Assembly (NCBI RefSeq): GCF_006345805.1
Contig: NC_043012.1
Location: 18,538,001 to 18,602,000 of the forward strand
Origin: Octopus sinensis
Lineage: Eukaryota
Length of the DNA stretch: 64,000 nt
Direction: 5' to 3'
The notes under the pieces were generated by a model. It worked only from the letters and a program-made list of their open reading frames with translations, was not told the origin of the DNA and ran no database searches. The position numbers and the translations under genes were made by a program. Shown here in pieces: positions 13,160 through 28,784 of this stretch; within the stretch, counting starts at the first letter, position 1; every line of letters begins with the position of its first letter.

Positions 13160-13364
13160 TCCTTTTCGATTCTAGGAACAAGGCCCAAAATTCTGGAGGA
13201 GTGGGCAAGTCGATTAGCTCGACCCCCCGGCAGGAAAAGCAAATTGCTAGGCTGAAAGGCAAATTCGAACTCGGCGGAATTTGAACTCAGAACGTAAATT
13301 AAGACGAAAATATCGCTAAGCATTTCGCTCGATGTGCTATCGCTTCTGCCAGCTCTCCGCCTTC
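13160..13364 (-). mobile_element. SINE family 1 with 14-bp TSD
   Basis: Family core present; gaatatacgtaata at 13146-13159 and 13365-13378. Confidence 0.85.
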
Positions 13365-13665
13365 GAATATACGTAATACTGAAACAGTTTCGTTTACTAC
13401 ATGAATGCAAATCATTTGAAACTTTCCATGAATTACATGAATAATAAATTAGGTGCGCAAAGCCCACTGTTGAAAATGGTATCTATATTCTGTTTGTACG
13501 CGCTTGCATGTATATGCCAGTTATAATTTCATTGCCCTTCGGCTGATACGTCCCGAGTCGCAATTTTAGTGATTGTGCACGGAGAAAGGGACAAAACTAC
13601 TTACTACTCGAGCGATTGCATTCATGTTATTTGTAATGGTAAATGGGAAGAGAAAGTTATTTATT

Positions 13666-13858
13666 TATTTATTGCCCTACAGGCGAGGGTGGGGCTAAAC
13701 AGACAGGAGAAAGACAGACAAAGGGATTAAATCGATTAGATCGACACCAGAGGGTAACTGGTACTTATTTAATCGACTTTGAAAGGAAGCTAACGGCAGA
13801 CGAAATACAGCTAAGCATTTCGCCCAGCATTCTAAAGAATCTGCCTGCTCGCCATCCT
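13666..13858 (-). mobile_element. SINE family 1 (alternative tail, internally deleted) with 17-bp TSD
   Basis: agagaaagttatttatt at 13649-13665 versus agaggaagttatttatt at 13859-13875. Confidence 0.75.
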
Positions 13859-14169
13859 AGAGGAAGTTATTTATTACGGACGAGAGACGAGAGACAAGTT
13901 ATCTATCATAGACACTGCATATCAAGATGCGATCGTATCAGCTGGAAAACAACTTTAGAAAATTGCATAGACAAAAAAAATGTCTCGTTCGATACCTCCG
14001 TATTTCTAGAAAGTTGTCTTCCATTTAAATTCTGATATTTTGCTGTAGTTTCTTTTCTTTTTTTTTTATAAGAACATGGGTGAGGTGTAAGCAAATATTG
14101 CATCCAAAGTACGAAGAATATCAATTGTCTATCGGCTTGTTTTACCCTCATATCTCTGTCTCCCTTAAA

Positions 14170-14211
<42 letters not shown>

Positions 14212-15677
14212 GCAAAAACAACCTCACATAAATACATACCTACGTTCATGTAAGTCTCTGAGATACGAGTAAAATAATCTTGTGTCTATAATTATTGATG
14301 ATATGTCGAGTCTGATAAATATAATGTCATTCTTATATTCCAAGACAGATAAGTATCTGCTAGAATTTATGATAAACGCACACATACACACACAAACACA
14401 CACACACACACACATATATACGTATATGTGTGTGTGTGTGTGTATGCGTGTGTATGCCAGTGTGCGGAGTGTATGTGGAGTGTATGTGTTGGTATGTGTG
14501 ATATATATTAATATTTGTTCTTTTGTATTTGTAAGTATGATTATCCTTAAATGTAAAATATTCATCATCTAACATACAATATTTAATGCGTTCCGTTATT
14601 CACTGTTTCAGCCTTTTAGCTATGGACTCTCTTCAGAAAGTATTATCTTATAGACACTATTTCCCCCCTCTCAGTACGTTGATAGTCAGCATTCATATAT
14701 TAGTACGATTATATACTGTTCATTTTTTCATACTCGATGTTCACCTGACTGCTTGTGCTTTAGCAGGTGTTCATATAAAATTATACACAGGTGCGCATAC
14801 AAGCACAGACACAGCCTAACATTTGCGTTTGCTAGCTCTCACCATCTATGCATGCATAAAAGTACACCAGAAGTCTTCACATATAAACACACATATTTAT
14901 AACTTTTGTATATGCCCACGCATTTAACACACATCAATCGAGTATTTAAGTGGCTCAATCCAATATTCGGTATATTGTACTTTCTTTCAACATACAAATA
15001 AAAAAAAATATTCAACTACAGTGGTATAATATTTCTTACTAGAAATTGAAAACTAGAATTATTACCATGTTCTCTATTGTAATATTTATGTAGTTTCAGC
15101 TATTTTGTTAGTTTTCTAAAGCTCAAATTCAGCAGCTCATATTAGGACTATGTACAACTTCAGGCAAAATTTAAGGGTAATAAATACGTAAAGTTTGCCT
15201 CAATCGAAGACTTTATTATCTCGATTGAGTGGCATAGTATATAATACTGCATCAAATTTAACCCCCATAATATCAGTTGACGTAAATTTGCGTGAGATGT
15301 GTAGTCGCTTTGAATAAGAAGGCGAAACTATACGCAGTCCTATCTGTTGCGGTTTTGTACCTGCTTGTGTATTAGCTGATATTCGCTATCAATCATGCAT
15401 TTGATAATAGGCCACCGTGCAAATTTCAAGGAATCTGATGGGTTTTTAGACACCTCATGTAAATGTTTCCAACTCAGTTTGAGACTTCATCACCATAATA
15501 ATACCATTTCCACTATGAATTCCTATCAAATTCGTTCCCTTTCAAATTCCTCTGGTCCTATCAAATTCCTCTGGCTCTTCATGGAATTTACACTCGCAAG
15601 CAGCTATGCCAATTTCGTTGAATGTTCGGTCCTCGCAGTTAGGGCTATTTACATAATTAAATAGTGCATGCTTGCAA

Positions 15678-16090
15678 AATACAAAATGGGACAAGAACGC
15701 AAAACATCCGGGCAGCTAGGTGATACAAAAAGGGACAGCAAAACATCCAGATAGACGATACAAAGAAAACAAGGACGGGTCATTCGAAGTATCCTTTGCT
15801 CAGTCAAGCACCAGATTATCCTCGCAATTTCACCTGATTATTCTTGAGATTGCTCCATTCTAGCCAGTCCCAAGGAAAAAACTAAGCTAAGAGCATTATA
15901 TTCCCTGGAAGAAAGCAGCGAATGTATACAATAACAAAGAGGGAAAAAAAACAGACAATGTTACACAAATATATATACAATAAAAAATACATTCTTCCCT
16001 GTGCTTGTGAAAAATTTGAATCTCTGCCGTAAGGCTCCCTTTCCACACGCGCCAGCTGAATCCAATTCGTCCTCAGTCTAAACACACCTG
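15678..16090. repeat. unclassified interspersed repeat
   Basis: 15678-15840 is clearly homologous to 52357-52520 (agatagacgat.caaagaaaacaagg.cgggtcattcg); right boundary approximate. Confidence 0.6.
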
Positions 16091-16118
16091 TTGTTATGTC
16101 CTGTTATAATTTTTAGTG

Positions 16119-16152
<34 letters not shown>

Positions 16153-16472
16153 ATATATATATATATATATATGTATGTATCCATTCTCGTATTGGGTTTG
16201 CAAGATGCCTTATGTGAATTCGTGTGTTAAAGCATATTTTATTATCTTTGGGGAAACTCTTTCTGCTGTAATACCTTATAAATTAACACACGCACCGGTT
16301 CGATTTCCACTCAATTACTTATTTATCTTTTCTAAAAATGTACGTTGTTTCTCAGTCTGTTAGTGGAGCTGCGCTTTGTTTTTGTTTGTGTAACTCTCTC
16401 TCCTTGTACGTGCATGATTGAATGGGACTATGTCATTCTCTCCCTTTCTCTCTCTCTCCTATATATACATGC

Positions 16473-16503
<31 letters not shown>

Positions 16504-17088
16504 ATTATATATCCAGCCTTACACTCTAACACATACACCCAAATGCGGACACATATATTTATAATATGTGTGTATTTATGAATGTGTATGTATGTCATTG
16601 GGAGATTAAATGTAGTTTGATTACTGGTAAAAATTATCTACTTGTCACAAATAGTTTCCTAAAATATATCTAGTTTATGCCCAGCTGAGTATGTCTTTTG
16701 TGTTTAGTACGTAAAAGAAAATTTCTGAAGATGATAAAATCAAATAAATTCACATAATGAGAGATCTCGTATTGTGGGAAAACAATGCCTGAAGCTAACT
16801 GAATTCGTACAAAACAAGACACCTTTAAACGAGTGTTTCCACACATAATAATTTATTGAATCACCTTAATTCTTGTAATGTAACTTCCTCGCACGCGAGA
16901 GATAGATATATTAGCACTAAAAGAGGATAAGTAAACAAATGCTGAAGGCGAGGGATATGGTTAGGGAGCACATGGAGCAGCATCTGAGCATCATAGAGTT
17001 GCAATCCATAGAGTGAAATGAATTTTCCTTCAACAACATATAAGCAACACACCCGCCAGTTATAAACATACACACACACGAACGCTTA

Positions 17089-17090
<2 letters not shown>

Positions 17091-17135
<45 letters not shown>

Positions 17136-17140
17136 TATAT

Positions 17141-17187
<47 letters not shown>

Positions 17188-17242
17188 CATATATATACAT
17201 ATACATATATATACATATACATATATATATACATATATATAT

Positions 17243-17297
<55 letters not shown>

Positions 17298-17362
17298 TAC
17301 ATATACATTATATACATACACATATATATATACATATATATATATATGTATATATATATATG

Positions 17363-17419
<57 letters not shown>

Positions 17420-17505
17420 GTACCTACATGCATTTATACTTACGAACGCACATATATAAAATATATCTATATCTATCAATCTATCTATCTATATATATAT
17501 ATATA
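17091..17505. repeat. long compound (TA)n/(CA)n microsatellite, representative of dozens in the window
   Basis: Seen directly; similar tracts at about 170, 3170, 21270, 22440, 24830, 26290, 27410, 28540, 32760, 43420, 46090, 46540, 50280, 56735 and 59990. Confidence 0.95.
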
Positions 17506-19169
17506 TGTTCTGTTTACCTCTTCAAAGCTTCGCTCATGTAGATCTATCTATTTATCTGTGTGTCTCAATATATATCTATATATCTATCTATTTCTTTCTC
17601 TTTTTCTCTTTCTCAATACGGACAGGCAAGCACGCAGACACACACACTCTTATACACATACACAAAAGGAAACTGAAACACAAGGTCACATGAATATATA
17701 CAAACGTACTCACACGGATACATATATACATACATACATACATATACATACATTCATACATACATACTGGACAAGAAAACTTTTACTTAAAATATTGCAG
17801 TTAAGGATAACATTTCAAATAAAATATTTAGATTTAGAAAATATTAGCTTTTATTAAAACTAAAAATGTTATTCCAAGTTATTACTTCCACTTGTATATT
17901 ACTTGTTACTTCTAACAACAATAAAAAATAAACCAATGAAAATATATTTCGCGCTTAAAATATCATTTTCTTAATTGTTACTTAATAATTAGAAATTAGA
18001 AAATTGGTTATAAAAAATAATAGTAGTACATAATTTGTCAGTACAATGAATGATATAATACAAAAATTAGTTATATATTGCAGTAAAATCTACCTATATT
18101 TTACGTAGCGAATTTGCATATTATATGTATATATACTATACTACATTGAATAAAACTTTAGCTATATTCGTACTTCTGGCTCTCATTTTTTAAGTACTAA
18201 GGTGTGTCAATATTTTAACGAAATGATTGTACCGTTTGTAATTATACTGTTACTTTGTAAATTGAAATCTATTTTTAATATTCAATTTGTATCTTTAGAT
18301 GCAATATTTTAAGTAAAAATTTTCATGTTCTGTACTTTGGCAGATGTGATAATTTGTCCTGAACTTTTCCAAGTGCAATAATTTGTATATTTCCAGTTTT
18401 ATAATCTTCAGAATATCATTTCTCTTGCTCGAATTTTTCTATGTAATCCATGTTTCTCCCAGGCTATGCTATTATGCTAATAAATAATGAGTCAAATGTG
18501 TCAATTAGCAGTATCGTTGATAATTTTTCCTTACCTCAATGACGCTGGTGACATATTAAAAGTACCCATAAACACTTAGAGAACACTATTATTACCCTCA
18601 AATTTCGGAAACAAACACTCATAGCTTTTTTTTTCTTTTAAAGATTCATTGCATGAGATTGATACTTAGAAATTCCAAGAACTGAAGCTTATCATTCAAG
18701 CTTAATTTAAATATAGTTTGTTTTTAAAATAGATTCGTTAACTATCCTAAAATTTTTTCATGATATTTTCCTCACAACATTTTTAATTCTAATTTTTGTT
18801 GCATGGGAAGAAATTTTGAAAATTTTCATGCTTTCTTCTATCATTGAAGCTAAGATAAATATATTTTGCTTTCAAAGTAATAAAAAAATGTTATTTAGAT
18901 CTAAACTTGATTGGTAGCGTTCCTTACTCTCATATTAAATTGTTACAAATTTTCCATAAATTTAGTAGATCAAATCTCATTTCTTTTTATACAAGGAGGT
19001 AGCTAGTGACAAGTCCGCTTCAACAATGTTAAAAGTTTTCAATTTGGTTAAGAACTGAATTAGCGACAAGCTGTGATATATGCTGCGTATGATTAAATTG
19101 CGACCTTAAGAATATTATTCGAACACTTCCGTAGTTTAATGATTTATATATGCATATATATATTCTTTT

Positions 19170-19310
19170 AAACCCTTTGGCCATGTCATTGCAGCCATGC
19201 TATAGCACCGCCTGATGGGGTTGTAGTCGATCAACTCGACGGCAGAAGTTATTCTTTGTAAGCGTAGTACTTATTCTATCGGTCCTTTTTGCCACGCAGG
19301 GGGGACTAAA
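19170..19310 (-). mobile_element. 3' part of SINE family 2
   Basis: gccatgctatagcaccgcc...agtacttattctatcggtcc matches 47820-47940. Confidence 0.7.
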
Positions 19311-19550
19311 CATGGAAATATGTGGTTGGGAAACAAGCTTCTCTCTACACAGCCGCACCTGCGCCTATTTACATATATACAAAACAAACAAAAGTAAGCA
19401 TTCACGCAAAAACACGCGCACACACATACACACAGACACGCAAACATACATATATATATATATGTGTGTGTGTATGTGTGTGTGTGTGTGCGTGTGTGTG
19501 TGTGTGCGTGTGTGTGAGTGTGTGCGTGTGTGTATCTGTGTGTGTATACA

Positions 19551-19744
19551 TACAAGAGAATGCTGAAAAGTTCGTGAAAGTATAGAGACAGGCCTCGTTC
19601 GTTTTCAGAGCCTAGAAAAAATTAAGGATCAGTTCAATAGTTGTCGGAATTTCATAAGGAAATATTTTGAATGAAATCATAATAAATTGACTCACCTGTA
19701 TTTCATTTTACCAAAACAAAGGAACTTTCCAGCACCCATCAGTA
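19551..19744 (+). mobile_element. mariner-derived MITE
   Basis: Imperfect terminal inverted repeats (TIRs) tacaagagaatgctgaaaagttc / gaactttccagcacccatcagta with TA ends; internal remnant LEKIKDQFNSCRNFIRKYFE* resembles a mariner transposase C-terminus. Confidence 0.65.
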
Positions 19745-20759
19745 GATTTATAGATATGGATATGTATATGTATGTGTGTGTGCGTGGGTGTATATTTGTC
19801 GCTTTATTTCTTCAATTATATAAAATTAAATGGTAAAATAATTGCATGCATGCACATTCCAAATCTTCTATACCTTTCGCATGATGTTATAACTCCGAAA
19901 TATAGATCACGCAATATTGGTACACCTTTTCCCTCTACACCTATGTAACAAAACAAAAATCAATATGGAGCATTTTGCAAAAGACACAGACAAGATGAAG
20001 TAGTGTATTTACACTGACACTCACATGTACACATTGGACTTCGGGGAAATTGTTACGAGGCTTCTGTAAACTATATACAAAGAAGACATGAGTCAGCAAG
20101 TTATCAATAGTACATTACTTTAATAGTTTCCATTCATTTCTATTTACCATATTCCAGGATTATGGACATTAAACATTATAGACCGGAAATACAAACGATT
20201 AAGATGAAATAAGAATCGAATATTTCGCCTCAATACAGTTGAACCGAAGTTGCGTTTCGTACTGACTAATTTGCTATGGTATAAATCATTTGTACAGGGC
20301 AGCAGCTGTTTGCTCAGTGATATATAAGTGTGAAAGCATTTTAGCTATTACATCTACAATAAATTGGTCCGTTTTCCTGATGGGTCTTTTGTCATAGTCT
20401 CTTTATAAATAAGAATTTACAGAAAAGCTGCGACTAGACAATTGGATTCAATATTACGGGAATATACGTGCAATAAATTTATTGACACCGGGTTGAATAA
20501 TTGTATATGTAAACTCCAATTGTCCTTCTTTCCTGAGCGTGCAATAATACTATATTTGTTCCACATCCTCGCGTTGTTGTTTTCTCTTTGTGTTTTCAAG
20601 TTTGGATTAACTTTATATATATATATATATATATATAATTATTATATATGTATGTGTGTGTGTATACATATGCACCTCACACATAATATATCTGTATGCC
20701 AAGATATGATATAATATATATGTATGTATATGTAATTCAGTGGGAGTACTTGAACGACA

Positions 20760-20945
20760 TCCAAAGGTACATGAAACCCAGTTAAAACTACACACAGCTA
20801 ATGCCGGTAAATGCTTCAGCTGTCAAATCTGTAGAAGCTATTGTAGAGCTTTAGCTTGGCTAAGAAAGCACGTTCGATTACAGCACCGTTAAATGTTAAG
20901 ACTCGTGCAATGGCTACAATCTATAACGAGGGCGCAGCCATCATG
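20760..20945 (+). mobile_element. 3' end of an RTE-like LINE
   Basis: 20803-20892 encodes AGKCFSCQICRSYCRALAWLRKHVRLQHR*, a terminal C2H2-like motif, followed by a short UTR ending cagccatcat. Confidence 0.55.
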
Positions 20946-21264
20946 TATATGTATATGATATAGGTAGCAATAGTCAATGGAAAACGTGCCTTAACAAAGA
21001 AAATATAGAATCAAGAGTTAATAAAATATTATACATGCCATCATACCTCCATCCATATACATAAATATATATCTATATATTAATCAATCTATGTAACAAT
21101 CTATCTACCTATTCATCTTTCACCTTATATGTCTCTCCCTGATTTTTTTCGAAAATTTTAGATAGATATAGCTATAGATATAATATAGATACATATATAT
21201 GTATGTATGAGTGTGTGTGTGTGTGACTGTCTATCTGTCTGTGGTTGTACGTATACGTCTGTTC

Positions 21265-21358
<94 letters not shown>

Positions 21359-21520
21359 ATATATGTCTATGTGTGTGCTTCTAGGCACAGCAGAACATAT
21401 ACATTTTTCCCAATGGTTGTGTTTATGTATGAAATCCTGAAGTTAATGCCAGTAACACACATACACACGTGTATATATATAGGCACATATATATATATTC
21501 GTGTGTTCGTGTGTGTGTGT

Positions 21521-21896
21521 GTGGAGGCGCAATGGCCCATGGGTTAGGACACCGGACTCGCATTTGTAGGATCGCGCTTTCAATTCCCAGACCGGGCCTT
21601 GTGAGATTTTCTTGAGCAAAAAACACCTAAATCACAAGAGGCTCCCGCAGGGGCTGGTGGAAAAGTCTGCTGTACTACTTCACCACAACTTGCTCTCACT
21701 CTTTCTTCTTGTTTCTGTTGTACCTAAGGGTCAGCCTTGTCACATCTCTGTGCCACGCTGAATCGCTCCGAAGTCTAAGTTAAAGGTACACGTGTTTGTG
21801 GAGTGCTCAGCAACATGACTGTTAACTTCACGAGCATGGTGTTCCGTTAGTCGGAGTAACTGGAAACCTTGCCGTTGTAACCGACGGAATGCCACG
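21521..21896 (+). mobile_element. tRNA-derived SINE family 3
   Basis: A-box-like tggcccatgggttagg, decayed B-box ttcaattccc, core ttcttgagcaa; embedded between microsatellites. Confidence 0.65.
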
Positions 21897-21930
<34 letters not shown>

Positions 21931-22495
21931 TATATTATATATATATATATTTATATAAGATTATGTGTGTGTACAGTTCTTTAATTACTATAAAAGTAAG
22001 TGTTCTCTAAATATTTAGTTAAATGCTGTTATAATTATGCATACGACAACGTAGATCGCTGTATAAAATTGATTAAATTTTTAAGCAAAGAAAGCTATGC
22101 AAACTTTGCAGTATTAAATAGGATATCGGTAGTTAGCTGGGAGGAAATAGTTATTTGATAGTCTTAGAGTATCTTGCTTTCTCTGTCCATAATTGTGAAC
22201 TGATAATGTATATGAAATATGATGTAGTGAAAAATTTAAAGAGGAACAATATAGCCATATAAATACGAGCTTGCAAATATATATTCACATACATATATAC
22301 GTAAACACACAAACGCACACACATATGCATACTTATATGTAAATGTATACACTCATACAAACAACTACACATACGTTCAAACATCAACACATATTCAAAC
22401 ACTTGTGCATATATATATATGTGTGTGTGTGTGTGAATGTATATATACATATATATATATACATATATATTTATATATATACATACATATTTCCA

Positions 22496-22551
<56 letters not shown>

Positions 22552-22555
22552 CATA

Positions 22556-22612
<57 letters not shown>

Positions 22613-22638
22613 ATATATATCTATATATATATATATAT

Positions 22639-23780
<1,142 letters not shown>

Positions 23781-23785
23781 GGATT

Positions 23786-23830
<45 letters not shown>

Positions 23831-23895
23831 ATAGACGTCTTCGTGCTTTATTTTGTGCTAGAGAAACCTATAAATCCTGGAAATATGCACTATCA

Positions 23896-23944
<49 letters not shown>

Positions 23945-24833
23945 CCTTTTTGTGTCCTCCTTCTCTCCTTTTACGATCCCTTTTGATCGACCCCCCTTTT
24001 TTATTTTATTTTATTTTTTATTTTATTATTATTATTATTATTATTTTTTTTTTTTTTTGAAACCTTCAAAAGAAAAGCTCTACCTTGTAATTTGTTCTAT
24101 CTGTGTGCAGCCCTGTGTGGCTAATAAAGAAACATATCTATCTATATCTGTGTATCTCTGTTTACACAAATACACACACTCATGTTTACTTATATACTTA
24201 TATAGACATGCGCGTATATACCTGTATAAATGCATTTTTCTAGACGCATGTATTTATAGGTATTTATAGGTTTATATCTCTACATTGACATATAAGTAGT
24301 TAGAGCAGCTTGCATATGAACATGCTTATATTCAATGAGTAAAAATCCCTACAACCACGGTATATTTAATACAACATATACATAGAATGAATGAGCCTTA
24401 AGATTCAAGTTTAAAAATGAAAAGTTGAGTTTATCTTCACCTCATTAGTTAAACTCTTATAGAAAAAATATAGCCCGTGCAGTGTTAATCTTCTTAGTTT
24501 TTGTGGAATTAATAACGTCTTGTTCAACTTTTGGAACACTGAATGTCAAACACAGTATAGGCTGTAAAAATAAACAATTATGAATGATCAACTAATCATA
24601 TTTAAAGTAGGTTCTTGTTTTGTAATACTTCTAATGACATCTTCTATAAAACAATCTCGTTCAAAACTTCATTTTTTTTTTTTTACTTTTATTAGATTCC
24701 AATTTAGAAATTCCCCTAAAGCGCATTCGACACTGAATTCTTCTCATTAATTGAGAACATTAAAATACGCTCATAAACATACATACATATATATGTACAT
24801 GTATATATACATATACGTATGTATATATATATG

Positions 24834-24923
<90 letters not shown>

Positions 24924-25038
24924 TCTGAATTAAGTCTATTTCCCGAGACAGATATACCGATTAATTTCGCCAACTGATGAGATCATACAAGCTGTCAAGT
25001 AGCACGATCATTTATAATTAACAACTGGTAATATATAT

Positions 25039-25135
<97 letters not shown>

Positions 25136-26047
25136 ATATATTTATATATTGGAATGATTTTAACATATGTATGGATTTAATATTTAAAATATATAATTTG
25201 TTTATCAAGTGTCTGGGAAACAACTTACTCTAAGCGGTCATATGTTTACAGGAAAGATATTCTTCAACCAATTCAAATGTAATTATAATATTTCTGCCGT
25301 CAGCAATATATAATTGTAATAACATTTTAATTTTCACATCAGCTAAAGACCTTGAATTTAGTGGGTTTTATATTTGATTCTAGCCATCCCTATATACGAT
25401 AATTACTTATGTTTTTGCATAAACTAATGAAAATGTAAATTAAACTCTTTAGTTCCCAAATTAGAACGAAGAAAGCCGTAGCAATATACCATAAAAAAAT
25501 CTTTTCATATTTCAAAGACTCTGCTTGACCACAATAGAAATCTTCTTTTTGGTGTGAAACTTTAGGAAAAAGAGCTAATTGATTGAAACTAAAGGGTCCA
25601 GTAAGCAGCTGCCATCTATATCTTTCACGTCGAAAACATGAAAGGCACGGTCACCTTTCACGGGATTTGAACACAACGCTTTTAGAGGGACGAAACGCCC
25701 CTAAGTATTTTGTCCGGCGTCTGCCTGCTCTTTAACTGAATCCACAATAGGAATATTAATATGAGAATAATATGTATGGTTTCTGATATAGGCGTATACG
25801 ATAACAGACTTTAGTTTATCGACTATAAAAGGCCCAAAACGCAACGTCGACCTGGCGCTTATTTTGTAACACGTCATCTTCGGAAACTGCCGATTCTGCA
25901 AATCCACTGTGGTTATCTTATTAATAATCTCACTAGTATTAAGTGTCTAATAGAAATATTCCATTGTAATGAACAACAATGATATTGCAATAATATAATC
26001 TTACCTACATTCTATTCTATTAACTATATATATATATATATATATAT

Positions 26048-26084
<37 letters not shown>

Positions 26085-26323
26085 TTATATATAATTTAAT
26101 TTCTACTTCACTGAATGCTTTCTCTACGGTGATGGCTTCGATAACTCTGTAGACCAATACTTGCGTAAAGAATCGATTGCATTCACTGCATGGCAATGTT
26201 GGTTGAGGACAAGATTAATTTTGCCGAGCCCTTCTCTCCTGTCATTTGAATGTTTTTTCTCATACAGTTGTTTCCCCAAATATAGACAGTATATATATAT
26301 ATATGCATATATATATATATGTA

Positions 26324-26374
<51 letters not shown>

Positions 26375-26387
26375 TCATATATATATA

Positions 26388-26429
<42 letters not shown>

Positions 26430-27474
26430 ATTTATATATATATATGTATATGTGTGTGTATGTGTGTATGTATATATGCATGCCTAAACATCCAGTGGCT
26501 ACGTACAAGGCACTTCAACTGCGAAACATACCAGTGGGGCGCATTATTTCTTCAAGGATTACCTTAAAATTTATGCGAAAAACATTTCCGCACCTCAGGT
26601 AAGGAGTGCAAATGAAAGCAATTGTTACATTCCTTGAAAAGTACTCGTTTTACACATATTATATACTTTTGAAATATTCACTTCATATTAAGTGTAAATA
26701 AACCTATTTTAAATCAGTAAGGAAGCAATGCAACAATTATTTTGTATAATAGTTATACACCTTATATATTTCATCATGCATTGTTTCAAATTAACGCATT
26801 TTACAAATTCTAGATTAAATAACTAATTGAATTTACCTTCAAAACGATAGCCACCTGAGTGCACAAATGGAATGTTCACATTAATTTCGTTTTCAATTCT
26901 ATCTAGCGAAGATTATCAAATCTAATACGGGATAACACCGCTATTTATGGTCCCTCCTAACTTCAGCATAATGAAGGCTTTTATATCCCATTAACGTTCG
27001 TTAAGATCTATATTTTGACACTTACTTGCGTATACTAAAATTTATAGATTCCACCTCATTAGCTACGATGATGTTCAATTGAAAACTGAGCCAGTTGTGC
27101 AAATTCAAGATATTAACTACATAACTTGCATTCCATTGAAGTGCTTTGAAAGCTTTATATCTGATTGTGGATTTCTATGTCCTTGAAAATACGCACACGT
27201 ATATAATCTCTCTAGACCTATAAAGCATTTGTCCTTGTATTCATTTCGATTTGCACATTTGTTCAATATACACCTATTTTCTCCACGATACAAACTTCAT
27301 TCTTCTACACCATATATTTCTAGTTTTACAGACATAAATACATTCGTACAATGACCAATTTGTCCTTATACCCCACTCTCTGTATCAGTGCGTATGTGTG
27401 TGCGTGAGTGTATGTGTGTGTATGTACATATATATACATATATATATGCATATATATGTATATATACATATACG

Positions 27475-27546
<72 letters not shown>

Positions 27547-27658
27547 ATGTATGTGTGTATGTGTGTTTGTGTGTAAATATGTACATATATATATATACAT
27601 AACTATGTATGTGTGTGTATTTATATATATATATATATAATATATATATATTCACATA

Positions 27659-28530
27659 CATAGTGCGGTGAATAAGCTACCGTTTAAATTACGCAAAAAG
27701 GAAAATAACACTGACATCTCATTTTAACAGAGAAATTTGCTAAAATTTGATAAAAATATCTTGAACTACTTGCATAGGAATTTATTCAATATAATCGCCA
27801 TTAGCTTCAACCAGGTGACTTCCGTATCTCCTGCAACTCTTCTGGGCAGTTTCCTTGTTTAAGAGTGTGAACGCTGCCATAATCGTTGCATTTAATTCAA
27901 ATTGTTTTGTGTGTCTCTCGGTCAAATGCGCTCCACACATAATAATCAAGAGGGTTGCAGTATGCGGAGTTAGATGGTAAGATGTTGAAAAGCGTCATAG
28001 TGCAGCCTTTCCTTTTGTCCTTCATGACTTGGGATAAAGATTGGCCCTTTAACATCTTCTATGAGGAATACCGAATGTCCTTTTTTTGCACTACCTGCCC
28101 AATAAGAAACTCAGAAACGCCCATGCCCCTGGCGATTGACCTTATTGACCTGGAGGTATCGTTGTCAATATCACTCCAACAATTTCAGGAATTCTGTTCG
28201 TATCAGAACGGTCACAGTGAGATTTCCAAGCAGCCATAACTCCGTCATTACCATTAAACTCATCCAACAACTTACGAACCATCTGCACTGTCCTCAGATT
28301 GGCACTCAAGTTATTCGTATTGGAACCTCCAGCACGAATACCAAGCTATGCAGCATGTCATTTCCAAAATTCTGACAGAATGAATGCATTACGTCATGGT
28401 GCAGTTTTTTTCCAACACTGCATCCAACTGATCCTACTATACTGTATACCTGACAAGAGCAAAAACAAAAAAAATACACATGTGCGATGTTAAAAATATA
28501 AAATGGCAACTGTTTACCCATTGCACCCTG
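27659..28530 (-). mobile_element. deleted Tc1/mariner element, DD37D (maT)-like
   Basis: TA-flanked degenerate TIRs (catagtgcggtgaataa / tttacccattgcaccctg); minus strand encodes LPSNSAYCNPLDYYVWSAFD, matching the WPPNSPDCNPLDY motif. Confidence 0.75.
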
Positions 28531-28543
28531 TATGTATGTATAT

Positions 28544-28597
<54 letters not shown>

Positions 28598-28685
28598 TAT
28601 AATTAAACATATGTGTATATGTGTTTATATATACATATATATAATTAAATATATGTGTATATGTGTTATATATATATATATATAT

Positions 28686-28784
<99 letters not shown>

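Noticed and set aside
21521-21600. tRNA-like sequence
   Set aside because: Incomplete cloverleaf that continues into a SINE body; not a tRNA gene
24950-25015. ctgatga followed by gatc...gatc, hammerhead-like
   Set aside because: No GAAA after the putative stem II on the same strand and no stem I
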